Both the position numbers and the translations under genes were made by a program. Below the pieces are notes generated by a model. That model saw nothing but the letters and a program-made list of their open reading frames with translations. It had not been told where the DNA came from and searched no databases. Positions 39,396 to 51,754 of a stretch of DNA of 64,000 bases are shown here, one piece after another (the stretch's first letter is position 1; each line of letters begins with the position of its first letter). The DNA comes from Mobula hypostoma. Lineage: Eukaryota. Where the stretch lies: contig NC_086118.1 of assembly GCF_963921235.1 (NCBI RefSeq), positions 18,788,001-18,852,000 of the forward strand. Reading direction: 5' to 3'.

Positions 39396-40004
39396 GTGAC
39401 TCTGCAGCATACTTTGGGAGGACTGACCATAAAATAGGTTAGAATTCTTTGTTTAGATGGAATGAAAAATTGTTCAATCTGAAAGATCCTAAATCTAAAT
39501 TAAGGAAACTATGAAGATATGAGGAGTGGATTGGCTATAACAGATTGGAGAGTATCATTGCTAGCAGGAAGTGAAAAACTATCCTACCTATCAATAGCTA
39601 AGTTTACAGTAATGGATGCAGGAAATGCAAATGGTTATACATTCCTTTCTGGTGCAAAAACTGTAGCCAACAAAAGAATTTACAGGTAATATTAGAACAA
39701 AAGAAAAATCACATGAAATGCCAGCCGGAACTTGCAAGCCCGAATGTGGGTGCAGATTAGAATTCATCAATAAATATTATAGTCTGCCTTCATGGAAGAG
39801 GACACAAGCAATTTACCAGAATTACTGGGAAACCAAGAGTCTAATGAGAAGGAGGAATTAAAGGAAATTAGCATCAATGAAAAATAATGGGACTGAAATC
39901 AAATAAATCCCCAAGGCTTGAAAATCCGCATAACAGAGTACTAAGGGAGGTAGCCAGGGAAATAATGCATGCATTGGTTGTCATCTTCCAAAATTCCAAC
40001 TCCT

Positions 40005-40335
40005 TGCAAAACTTCTCTTCCCCTCACCTGCCTGTAATGTCCCTCTGGTCTCATCCTCCTTCCTTTTCTCCCACGGTCTACTCTCCTCTCCTGTTAGATT
40101 TTTTTCTTCTACAGCCCCAGCTTCTTGCTTCATCCCTCCCCCTCTCCCACCCACCTTGCTTCACCTATCACCTTCTAGCTTGTACTCCTTCCCTCCACTC
40201 ACCTTTTTATTCTGGCTTTTTGCCCCTTCCTTTCCAGTCCTGATGAAAGGTCTCAGCCCAAAAAGTCATATGGTTATTTATTTATCACAATGTCCCTGAA
40301 CTGCTGAGTTCCTCCAACACTTTTTTTCTGTTGTA
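40005..40335 (+). mobile_element. Penelope-like 3' UTR/terminal repeat
   Basis: Pyrimidine-rich tract colinear with 45330-45660, then CAGTCCTGATGAAAGGTCTCAGCCC and CTGCTGAGTTCCTCCA. Confidence 0.7.
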
Positions 40336-40408
40336 CTTCAATGATTGGCATGTTTAGTGTTCTGCACACCACTGCTGTAACGTGTGTTTATTTGAGTTAC
40401 TGTTATTG

Positions 40409-40751
40409 TAGAACATAGAACATAGAATAGTACAGCACAGTACAGGCCCTTTGGCCCACAATGTTGTTCCGACCCTTAAATCCTGCCTCCCATATAAGCC
40501 CCTACCTTAAATTCCTCCATATACCTGTCTAGTGGTCTCTTAAATTTCACTAGTGTATCTGCCTCTACCACTGACTCAGGCAGTGCATTCCACGCATCAA
40601 CCACTCTCTGAGTAAAAAACCTTCCTCTAATATCCCCCTTGAACTTCCCACCCCTTACCTTAAAGCCATGTCCTCTTGTATTGCGCAGTGGTGCCCTGAG
40701 GAAGAGGCGCTGGCTGTCCACTCTATATATTCCTCTTAATATCTTGTATAT
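40409..40751 (-). mobile_element. Young CR1 3' fragment inside the Tc1
   Basis: Near-identical reverse complement of ~18620-18960; (TAGAACA)n tail. Confidence 0.9.
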
Positions 40752-41091
40752 CTTCCTGTCAGCTTGAACCAGTCTGGCCATTCTCCTCAGACCTCTCTCA
40801 TTAGCAAGGTGTTTTCATCCACAGAGCTACCGTTCACCGAATATTTTTGGTTTTTGCACCATTCTCTGTAAAGTTTTGAGATTGTAGTGCATAAAAATCC
40901 CAAGAGATTAGCAGTTTTGGAGACACTCAAATCACCCTGTCTGGCACCAGCTATCATTCCACTGAATTGAATTGAATTGACTTTATGATTTACATCCTTC
41001 ATATACATGAGGAGTAAAAATCTTTGTTATGTCTCTATCTAAATGAGCAATGTGCAATTTATAGTAATATTATGTACAACAGGGTAGTCAA

Positions 41092-42332
41092 TCTATATAC
41101 TACTAAAACTCTCATGCTCTGTCTGTCTGTTTGTCAGTTTGTGACCTCCAATTAGCTCAAACGATGCATTATAGCGGCACGTTTTTTGGCTAGATCGAAT
41201 TAAAATGTGCTAACTTACAGAATGCAGGCAAAGTTTGGGGTTATATATTTGTATAAAATTGCTCACTCGCCAAAATCAACAGGCTCACTTTCACCCGAGA
41301 GCCGATCCGCCATCATGGAAATCGGGACGCGACAGGTTGACACATGTGCACGGCCAGCCTCAGCAGCAACACCTACCAGAGCAAAAGGGCAGGGCAGCTC
41401 TATTTCGAGGGATCACATTCTGCTAATCACCATCAGCATGTGCAGGATTGAGGCAGATCTAACTGCCACCCAAAAATAAGAGGTAATTAAATCTTATTAT
41501 AATGACATACTTTGAGACACCCATAATACCCTTTGCTGCAGTCAAAGGACAGTGGTGTCTATATCAAGTCCATTTAGGAGAGCGCCAATCACATCATCAA
41601 GAATAATCAGCATACTTTGGTATTACTGCTTCCTATCTTCTATCCAGCATTAGGGTAAAAAAAAAATGGTGAGCCTAATTATGCTGCATGGAAAGGGAAG
41701 GGGTACATTATGGTCCAGAGATGATGCCAAACATCGTCAGGAAGCGGCAAGGAGAGGGAGAGAACAAGAATCGGATGAGGCCAGGGCGGCACAACTCCAA
41801 GATCAAACAGTCAGGACAAAAAAAGATGAGAGAAGAAGAGACAGAGGAGGAGAGGCATGCACGTCTCCAGGATCAGAGATAAACAACAAACAGCAGAAGA
41901 GATGAAGAGACAGGGGATGTAAGGGCTACACGTCTCCAGAATGACTAAAACAGGCACAGAAGGAGGAGAGAGGAAGAGACAAAGATGCTGAGAAATGCAC
42001 GTCTCCAGGATCAGAGACAAAGAACAAACAGCAGAAGAGATGAGGAGACGGGGAGTGAAAGAACTGCACATCTCTAAAATGACAATGAGAGGCTCAAGGG
42101 TGGCAGATAAACCAGAAATTATGCCATCATAAGCTTCCTTCGTTAAACGAGGAGGAGCTATATTTGCTTTGCTACGTGTCATTCTTCTTTAATAAACTGA
42201 GGTTTTCTACTTCAGTTTCCAAAGCAAAGCGATACCAATAGAATTCAGGAAAATTTAATGTTCATTCTGGTCACATCAGATTACACTACCCTTCTCTCAA
42301 CGGGTGCCCCAACGGGTCACACTGTTGTCTAG
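41092..42332 (+). mobile_element. Non-autonomous Helitron, 1241 bp
   Basis: 5' TCTATATACTACTAAAA then CTGT repeats; 3' hairpin GTGCCCC-AAC-GGGTCAC (42304-42320) ending 12 nt before the 3' end, which is CTAG; inserted between A(41091) and T(42333); no TSD. Confidence 0.85.
41681..42146 (+). pseudogene. Decayed ORF with five 23-aa (69-bp) STPR-like repeats
   Basis: EQESDEARAAQLQDQTVRTKKMR / EEETEEERHARLQDQR*TTNSRR / DEETGDVRATRLQND*NRHRRRR / EEETKMLRNARLQDQRQRTNSRR / DEETGSERTAHL*NDNERLKGGR; CGTCTCCAG at 41862, 41931, 42000; one +1 frameshift in the A-run at ~41820. Confidence 0.75.
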
Positions 42333-43519
42333 TATAACATAGAAATACAGCTGCATCAGCATGAATTAATCAGACTGATGGCCTGGTGGAAGAAGCTGTC
42401 CCGGAGCTTGTTGGTCCTGGCTTTTATGCTATGGTACCGTTTCTTGCATGGTAGCAGATGGAGCAGTTTATGGTTGGGTGACTCGGGTCCCCAATGATCT
42501 TTCAGGCCCTTTTTACACACCTGTCTTTGTAAATGTCTTGAATAGTGGGAAGTCAAAGTCACTTCAATCATATTTCTTTCTCATTCTAATGTTTGGTCTG
42601 AACAACAACTGAACCTCTTGACCATATCTGCATGCTTTTATTAAAGAGTTCTTCCCGCGTGATTGGCTAATTATATTTGTTTTTACAAGTAGGTGTACAA
42701 TTGTACCTAAGAAAGTAGCCACGGGGTGTATCATAAACAGCAAAAACAACGCACAATAGGCAGATTTTACAACCAATTGATCAGAGCTACTCAGATCTGT
42801 AACCTTGCTATATCTACTCATAATAATAATAATGGCAATTAGACAGCTAATGGGAGAAAGAGACTCTGATGTCCCCATTTCTCAAAAGTGATGAGGTCTT
42901 ATACATGACACAAGATGCCAAAGACAAGGCTGAGGAATTTGCAACCAGAAGTGTCAAGCTCCATCTCGGCCTCCCCATGACATTCCCACCATCACAGAAA
43001 TTTGTCTTCAACCAATTTACTACTAGATATGTTAAAAAAAAATCTGAGTGCACTGTATACAATAAAGGCCACAAGCACCAGACAACACCTCAGCTATTGT
43101 AAGGAAAATGTGTGCCCTAAAACTAATGGCAACTCAGTCAAATTATCCCAATACAAATTCAACAGCAGCATCAACACTATATTGAAAATTGCCCAGATAT
43201 GACCTTTCCATATAAAGCAGCACAAATCTAATCCAGCTAATTACTGCCCAATTGATCTACTTTGAGTCATCAGCAAAATGACAGGAGGTGTCATAAACCC
43301 TGCTAGCAAGCCATACTTCATGAGAGTCCAACTCCTTCTGTTTCCTCATGTCCCATTCTAATCATCCAGCCCCTCCATCACTAGTGCACTATGACTGGGG
43401 AGTCAGATAATACATTCATTCTGACAGCAGCCACCAAAAATTATCTTTTCTACCACCTAGAAAGAGATGGCAATTTGGAACAGTATGCCCTATGAAATCC
43501 TTCCAAGTTACACAGATAG

Positions 43520-44900
43520 CAAGCATAGAAAATTTGGGGAAAGAGTAGGCCCGTCAGTCCTTTGAACCTACTCTGCTAGTGGTTATTCTTTTATTGGCTT
43601 TTTTTTAATAACGTATAAACATTGTCTCCCTATATGCCTTGAACCCTTCTATACGGGGAAGTTATTTACTACCTTCTGAACCATGTTCAATAACTCGACC
43701 TCCATTGGATTCTGTGGTAGAAAATTCCATAGTTTCACCATATTTCAAGCAAAAAGAGTTTTAGTGTTTTAGTCCTTTTCTGTCTCATTCCATGTCCTGA
43801 GACTGTAGTCCCTGATTCTGCACTCTCCATCCATGGGAATCACTCTTTCAGTACCCAGCCTGTCAAGCCTGATCAGAATATTATACATTTCAATCAGATC
43901 TCCCCTCATCCTATTATATCCCAATAGATCTAATGGACCCAGTCTCTTCTCATAGGTCACCCTGAGATCAATTTAATGTTTGCTTTAGGTAACTGGCATA
44001 TGAGGAATAAGGATATTTATAAGGATGTTTCAACATCTATCACCATTTAAACAATATTCTGCTTTCGTATTTGTTCTTCTGAAATGGATAACTTCACAGC
44101 TATCTATGATATATTGCTTCTTTCACATCTTTGCTCACTCACTCAACTTGTACTCTGTAAATTGTCTTGTAGACCTATGCATTCATCTCACAAATTACAA
44201 CTCCCTTCACTTTTGTGTCATTTGCAAACTTAGAGATATTACATGTAGTTCCCTCATTGTCATTAATATAGGTTGTGAAAAGCTGGGGCCATAGAACTGA
44301 TCTCAGCAGTATCCCATTAGTCACCACTTGCCACCATGATAAAGACCCATTTATTCCTATTCTCTGTTCCCCATGTGTTAACCATTTTTCTTTCCATGCT
44401 TGAATAATGCCCTCATTCCAATGTACTTTAAATTTGCACTCAAATATCTTAGAAACCGAAAACTAATACCAGCAGTAAACCCTTCAAGGGTATTCTGTCT
44501 TTCAATAGAATCATGGCTAATTGCTCCTATTCAATACCCTGTTCCATCAGATTCCTTGTGTTCCTTGATTCTTCCTGTCCTTGGAAAGCATATAACTCCT
44601 TCTTGAACATATTCAGTGAATTGACTTCATCTTGTTTCTGTGGTTGAGAATTTCACCACTCTCTGGAAGAAGAAATTCCTTCCATCTCAGTCTTAAATGG
44701 TTTAACCCTCATCCTTAGATTCTGAGCCTTTGATCTTAGATCTCCTGGCCATTGAAAGCACATTTCCTATTTCTATTCTGTCCAGTCCTATAAGAATTTT
44801 GTAGAGGATATATGAGAAACCCTTTCAAACTTATAAAGTCTAATGAATAAAAGACTAATTGATTCAATCTCTTTTCATATATCAGTTCTGATCAGGGAAA
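43520..44900 (-). mobile_element. Cluster of old CR1 fragments
   Basis: ORF 43769..43960(-) YEKRLG...MRGDLIEMYNIL; RT remnants around 44200-44390. Confidence 0.7.
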
Positions 44901-44941
44901 AGACCAATGAATCTCATCTGAACATTGGATCTTATCAAAGT

Positions 44942-45690
44942 AGAGGGGGTCAGATCAGGAGCACTGAATAGAGTAGATGACCCCAACAGACTTGCAGGTA
45001 AAGTGTTGCCTCACCTGGAAGGACTATTGGGGGTCTGACATGGACTGGTAGACTGCTTTGTTGAGCCCCTTTGCTCAATCTGCAAAAAGCAAGATTTCTC
45101 AATGGCCAACCATTTTAATTCCAATCCCTATTCTCATTTTGATATGTTGGTCCATGGCCTCCCTTACTGCCACGATGAGGTGGTTCTCAGGATGGAGGAG
45201 TAACAGCTCATATTCTGTCTAGGTATCTTACAACTGGATGGCATGAGCTTTGATTTCTCCAAATTCTGTTAACTTTTCCCCATCTTCCTTCCCTCCCCTT
45301 CAATTCCCCACTCTTGCCCTCTCTTACCTGTTCTCTAAGTCTGACTATCATTTTGCCCTGGTGCCCCTCCTCCTTCCCTTTCTGCCATGTTCCACTCTTC
45401 ACTCCTATCAGATTCCTTCTTCTCCAGCCTTTACCTTTTCCACCTACCACCTGTCAGTTTCTTACTTCATCCCCCTCCCACACACCTGATCTATCACCTT
45501 CGAGATTGTACTCCTTCCATTCTCTCCACCTTCTAATGCTGGCTTCTTCCCCCTGCCTTTCTAGTACTGACGAAGGGCCTAGGCACGTAATGTTGACTGT
45601 TTACACTATTCCATAGATGCTGCCTGACCTGCTGAGTTCCTCCAGCATTCTGTGTGTGCTGCTTTGGATTTCCAGCATCTGCAAAACCTT
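44942..45690 (+). mobile_element. Penelope-like element 3' end: GIY-YIG endonuclease remnant with inverted 5' piece, plus terminal repeat
   Basis: + strand LVDCFVEPLCSI...ANHFNS.P.SH.D..VHGL.YCHDE..LRMEE*QLIFCLG.LQ.DGM; 44942-45038 reads FQVRQHFTCKSVGVIY on the - strand. Confidence 0.75.
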
Positions 45691-45699
45691 GAAGTGGAT

Positions 45700-45753
45700 C
45701 GCTTACAGCAGCAGAAGACCAAGGTGTACCTAATAAAGTGGCCACTGAGTGTG
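45700..45753. mobile_element. Isolated Tc1-family terminal inverted repeat
   Basis: GGTGTACCTAATAAAGTGGCCACTGAGTG, a better-preserved version of the TIR at ~42702-42730. Confidence 0.7.
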
Positions 45754-45767
45754 TATCTGGTCCTGTA

Positions 45768-46860
45768 TTCAAAGTTCAAAGCTCAAAGTAAATATATTTT
45801 CAAAGTGCACACATGTCACTATATACAACGCTGTGGGCATACCCAATAAATCTATAATAGTATAACAACCATATAGAATCAATGAAAGTCCACACCAACT
45901 CGGTTGTAGAACCAGTGTGCAAAAGACAACAAACTGTGCAAAATTTTAAAAGAAAAATAAATAAATAAGCAACAAACATCAATGACATGAGATGAAGATT
46001 CCTTAAAAGTGAGTCCATAGGTTGTGAGAACATTTCGATAATGGGGCAAGTGCAGTTATCCCCACTGGTTGAAGAGCCTGATGATTGAGGGGTAATAACT
46101 GTTCCTGAAACTGGTTGTGTGAGACCTGAGGCTTCTGTACCTTCTTCCTGATGACAGCAGTGAGAGGAGAGCATGTCCTATGTGGTGGGGGCCCCTGGTG
46201 ATGGATATTGCTTTCCTGCAACAATGCTTTATGATGGACTGGGCCGTATCCACTACTCTTGTAGGAGTTTCTGCTTTGGGGGGATTGGTGTTTCCGTACC
46301 AGGCTGTGATGCAGCCACTCAATATACTCCACACTATACATCAACAGAAGTTTGTCAAAGTTTTAGACGGCATGCTGAATATTCTTAAACTCCTAAGGAA
46401 GTAGAGGCACCGCCATGCTTTCTTGATAATTGTGCTTAGGCATTAGGCTTAGGACAGGTCCTCTGAAATGATAACACTGAGGAATTTAAAGTTCCTGACC
46501 CTGATCCTCTGATGAGGACTGGCTCATGGACCTCCAATTTCCTTCTCCTGAAGTCAATAATCAGCTCCTTGGTCTTGCTATATTGAGTGAGTAGTTGTTG
46601 TTATGACACTACTTAGCCAGATTTTCAATCTCCCTCCTATATGCTGATTTTTCACTTCCTCTGATTCAGCCTATGACAGTGGTTTTATCAGCAAACTTGA
46701 AGATGGCACTGGAGCTGTACGTAACCACACAGACTTAAGTGTAAAATGAGTAGAGCAGAGGGATAAGCACGCAGCTTTGCGGTGCACCTGTGCTGATGGA
46801 GATTGTGAAGGAGGTGTTGTTGCTAATCCAAACTGACTGGGGTCTTCCAGTGAAGAATTC
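45768..46860 (-). mobile_element. Rex1/Babar LINE 3' ~1.1 kb
   Basis: SISTGAPQSCVLIPLLYS; SILSGCITAWYGN; SSGRRYRSLRSHTTSFRNSYYP. Confidence 0.85.
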
Positions 46861-47449
46861 CGGGAAATATGTTCTGTCCTCTTCGTACATTTCATGCTTC
46901 TTCCATGTTTTATACAGAATGGAGCAACACATTATCATTATTTGAGGGAAGCTGGTCAGTAGAAAGACTCCTTGGCTGTGCGTGATCTGATGTTATGGGT
47001 CCTCATGAGGCTTGGCCATAATATTGAAACCAGCCATTATCATGCTGTTCTCTTTGTGTACTACTGGACCACCATCAACAGTGCTTTGTTCTGCTCATGG
47101 GATAGGACATTCTCAGGAACTATACTGAAGGAACGTGTCATGATTTCTCTAAGGTGAAAACATGGTTCTGTGGGCATGGCTATTCCATGTTGCTGCTCAA
47201 ATACCCTAAGGTCAATTTTTTCTCAATTTAAGTACAAGGCACCAAATCTTCACAAGGATGACTAAAACTGAATGATTTGGTGCCATGTCCAGATCTGGCG
47301 TGTAGATTGTCACTGGGCATTTTTTTGGAGTGCAGCTATTTTTCCTAATAACTCAGTAATGATGGATGTCACAGGGACACCTTTTGTAATATTATGCAGG
47401 TCACCTATTTTGTCATATTTGATGTGATAAGCTCAAAACACCAGGAATC

Positions 47450-48385
47450 ATGACCTGATTACAACTATGTGTATAAATTCAAAGAGGAGTTAGACAGGGA
47501 TGCGTTACCTCACCTGAATTATTTAATATCTATAGTGAAATGATTCTCAGAGAAATAGAAGACCTAATGGGATAGAAATTGGAGGTGTTAACATCAACAA
47601 TATAAGATATGCAGAAGATACGACCCTAATAGCAAGTGCTGCAGAAGACCTACAAATCCTCCTAGGCAAAGTAGTAAAAACAAGTGCAGATTTTGGTCTA
47701 ACCATCAACTATAAAAAAATCAAATGTATGGTAATATCAAAACAGCAGGATACTCCCAATTGCCAATTGTACATCAGTAACCAAGAGACTGAACAAAAGG
47801 CCAGCCTTAATAACCTTAGTAGCTTTATATCACAAGATGCTAGAAGTAAAGTAGAAATAAAAAGAAGAATTGCCATTGCCAAAACCACCTTCCAAAAAAT
47901 GAAACCCATTTTTACCAACAGACACATTTCTATGACAACAAGGCTTAGGCTACTAAAATGTTACATCTGGTCAATCTTGCTGTGTGCTTCCGAAACATGG
48001 ACTATAACACCAGAACTCCAAAGGAACTTAGAAGCAACAGAAATGTGCTTTCTTAGAAGAATGCTAAAAATATCATCTAGAGATAGGGTAACTAATGAGA
48101 CAGTACACCAACGTGCCCATACAAAAAGATCTTTAATGAGAACATTAAATGAGAGGAAACTTAAATTCCTGGGCCATGTCATCAGAAAGGGAGAAATAGA
48201 ATGCCTTACATTACAAGGCCGGATGCCTGGGAAATGCGAAAGAGGAAGGCAAAGAAGAAATACATGGACACTGTGAAAGAACTAACAGATCTAAGTCTGC
48301 GGGATATCATTGACGCTGCGAGGGATCGTTCGATGTGGAGTGCCATGATCGCCCAAGCGTGTAACGCGCAAGGCACATGAAGAAT
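47450..48385 (+). mobile_element. RTE-clade LINE 3' fragment (RT C-terminus)
   Basis: [65 protein letters not shown]; ends ..ARDRSMW..GT* then GAAGAA. Confidence 0.85.
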
Positions 48386-48454
48386 TATATATAGTACAAA
48401 CACTGGCTATTTCGCTCAAGGACCTGAAGCCTCCTTGTTCAAATTTATAGCTCA

Positions 48455-48780
48455 TTTTTCAGGATTTGGGTGTCACTGACATGGGCAACATTTATTGCCC
48501 GACCCTAACTGCATCCTAACTGGTTTCCCATGTCAGCACATGGACAGTCATACTGCTGGGCTAGACCTGGTAAAAAATGTCATCGTTACTCCTTCCTATG
48601 CAGGGCATTAGAGAACAAGATAGATTTTCACTCCCAATCCAGTAGTTTTCTTGTAATGTCATGCTCTCAATTTTGAATCACTAATCTGAATTTGAGCTCC
48701 ACAGAGGCCATGGTAGGATTTTAACTCTGATCTTCAGATTGTTATCCAGATTACTAGTCCAATAATTTAGCCACCTCTCT
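48455..48780 (-). mobile_element. Old tRNA-derived SINE
   Basis: CATTTATTGCCC..CCCTAA tail end and GCCATGGTAGGATTTTAAC (B-box region on - strand). Confidence 0.5.
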
Positions 48781-48859
48781 GCCCTGTCAAAGTGCTTCTT
48801 CCTCTGATGTACCTATCTACACTTTGCTGAAATCAATTTAAAAGAGCAAATCGATAGAA

Positions 48860-48996
48860 AATAACAAGCAAGAGAAAATTTGCAGATGTTGAAATCCAAG
48901 CAACACATACAAAATGCTGAAGGAACTCAGCAGGCCAGGCAGCATTTATGGAAAAAAAGAACAGTCGACGTTTTGGGCCAAGACCCTTCAGCAGGA
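48860..48996 (-). mobile_element. Penelope-like terminal repeat
   Basis: Reverse strand CCTGCTGAAGGGTCTTGGCCCAAAACGTCGACTG...GCTGCCTGGCCTGCTGAGTTCC. Confidence 0.75.
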
Positions 48997-51754
48997 TAGC
49001 GAATTAAGTTGATTTGTCTCACAACACTAAATATTCTAGGAAGAAATTAATCATTGACCTCCATTAGTATTGATTTCCAGTTCTCCAGTTTCATGGAACT
49101 GAATGAGGCATGTGAATATAATCTATGGCTGTCACTACCATCCAAAGCCAAGTTTCATCCCATGGAGTAAATGCAAGTTTAATGAGCTCAATCTTAAATT
49201 TTTATTCAAATCAAGGAAAGAAATAATAAAACAAAGGAATCAGAAGGGAAAAAAATAATTTACCATACTGTTTGTGCTTCTGTCAAGACCACACCATGTA
49301 TTAAAGTTTTGCTTACAATATACAGATTGTCATTGTTGCACTGTTGGAAATGTAGGATAAATCTATCACTTAGAGGCTGACATACTTGCTAGGAGCTTTA
49401 CCTTTCCTATCGAAGATCACAAAAATTGTCCTGGCTTATTGAAAGGTGGGTCTGACTAGATTTACGACTGGATTTGTTACCATACTATTCAGCTGTATAT
49501 ATTTTGAGTAATCTTTCACTCCTACCCCTCTCTACCCACTTTTGTTTTGCTTTATGAGACATCAATTTTCTAGCTGATTTCTCTGTGGAAATGAATGCTG
49601 CCAGCTGCACCCACATTAATCTTGATAGCTCATCATTCAAATAAAAGTGCTTAAGGTTAAACAGCACATTCACGAGGATGTGCATCTGTGTCTTCCTTAA
49701 TTACATGACATAATTAGTTCATTGTCTGGGATGTTACACAATAAGCACATTAGTTAATCCATAAATGTTGATCAACTAGGACAAACAGTGGAATGACTTT
49801 TAACAATTGGTAATTTTATATTATTTATAGTCCCCAAAGAGCTTTATTAAAATGTAACTCTCTTTTTTATAATTTTAATAGAAGGTGGGTTATAACTTGG
49901 ATTTTATCTTTCATGTATCTCCAGTATTTAATCAATAGCAGAAACCTAGATGTGCTTTCAAAGCTTGAAACCAGAGATATAAATATTTAAATGAAAGCTC
50001 CTGTATGTTTGAGAAATAATTGTATAATCTAAAGTTACATCTATATTGTACATTTCATGTCTCAAACCATTTCATTTGTGAAGTTTAGTCACTATTGTAA
50101 TCTCAAAGTTTCTATTTTTACCCATTCCTCTCTTACCACAGCGTTTCAAAATACAAATGTCATTTTTTGGCTTTTATGGTTGCAGGTAAAATCTGCCGTT
50201 TGTACTATATCTCAAATTGTACTTATCCTCTTTTGCTTTCCATCCACTTTCCCCTATAACATACTGTCGGTGAAAGATTATCTTCCCTTGTCCTCAACCG
50301 GTGCTCAAACCACCTGATTTATTGCCTTCTGATGTAATACAAGATTGCTTGGTTCTGAATTGCTCATCTCATCTCTTCTGCCCTCTTCGAGTAACTCCCA
50401 GCAGTCTCCTTTAAACCTTGGTTCAGTTGCTTTCATGCTTTGATATTAAGGTCCTAGTGTGACAGTGGTTGAAAGCTAGGAAGATTCTTACATAAGATCT
50501 GTCTCGATGACGATCGGTAATGATTGATGTTGCAGCAACGGTGACATTTGTCTGTTTTTATTTAGTTTGCCTTTGTAGATCTGGGGTCTGCTTCCCTGAT
50601 GATGCTCCTGTTACAGGCAATGATCATCTGAGCAAATTAAATCTCCGTTTGTTTTAATACCGCGGATATCTTTATGAAATGTTTGTTTTACTCTTCTGAT
50701 TTTTATCACCTGCCTTTTCAACATTTACTCATGCTAATTTTGTATTGAACTGAATCCGACGTTTACAGGAATTTAAAAAAAAAATCTGCACTGGGATCAT
50801 GATCATCATTAACCTGTTCTCATTTGGCTCTCCGCATAAAGATCACAGACTTTGTGCTCCCACTTTCACATGAATTAATTCCAGTCTTTGGCATCCAGGT
50901 TAATGCCAGGCTTGGCAGAATCCATGGAGGCGAGTTATGTCAATGATTGAGAGTGATGGTGCTAAGTGAAGCCATAGCTGAATCTCAGATGGGAGGTGCT
51001 CTGTCAGAAGTCATTATACATGTTCTGGAAGTTTGCAGGAAGCCCAGGATGAACCCGGAAAAGAGTGTTCACACTGGCTTTCACGTTTTGCCTTTGTTAA
51101 TGTGGGGAGAAAGCGCGATGTCTTCTCATCATTAGGGTCCAACAAACCCTTCAGATCCGAAGCCAAAGTACGGGTGGAAGGAGATTACATACAACTTCAA
51201 TGCCAGGAGTAAGGACCCACATTAATACAAAATGCTTAATGAGCTCTTATTGGTTGTCAGGAAATGCATCATCAAGTCTGATCTTCCAACATCTTTACCG
51301 CCAACCTCATGCACTCTTCTAACTTTTACACCACCTTTACTCAAACATCTGAGATTCATTTGTCTCCTTCCCAACACCTTCACACATTTTCCATTGATTC
51401 AATACTTAACCCCACAATTTATTACTTCCATACCCTTCCAGATATTCATTCATGGAAGCTTATTACTGAAATACATAGCAAATTATTCACTCACTTACAC
51501 TTGAAGGAAAATGTGGGGCATAACCAGCAAACAATAGCAGAACTACTGAGAAATAGCTTGCTATTTTAAATGAGAAGGTTGTCTGTTATTAGAGCAGCTA
51601 AGAGTGGCACAGAGATACTGAAGATGACAGTGCAGGTGTGACTAATACACTTACCTCAATCACATTCTCTTATGAACTGCAAGCTGTACATGGTGTTGAT
51701 GTGTACCTCTGGCTTATATCTCGCTCCCCATCACCATGAGTATGATGATGCTCA

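Larger units (their letters stand above)
40963..42551 (-). mobile_element. Rex1/Babar 3' end inside the Tc1, split by a Helitron
   Basis: (TGAAT)n tail at 40963-40980; ORF 42356..42571(-) LLP..KRYHSIKARTNKLRDSFFHQAI. Confidence 0.75.
40345..42730 (-). mobile_element. Tc1-like DNA transposon relic, twice interrupted
   Basis: GMIAGARQGDLSVSKTANLLGF..TTISKLYREW and MARLVQADRK (Tc1 paired-like HTH region); degenerate TIR TGTACCTAAGAAAGTAGCCACGGGGTG|TA at ~42702-42730. Confidence 0.8.

Noticed and set aside
40476..40781. Apparent Tc1-CR1 fusion protein (MARLVQADRK + IYKILRG...)
   Set aside because: Chance in-frame junction of a CR1 inserted in a dead Tc1; no evidence of expression.
41762..42110. 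69-bp periodic array as CRISPR-like or satellite repeat
   Set aside because: No constant repeat/unique spacer layout; the periodicity is explained by a coding 23-aa repeat.
46870..47330. Possible LTR integrase remnant on the minus strand
   Set aside because: Similarity (MRTHNIR...PAS) too weak to support by eye.
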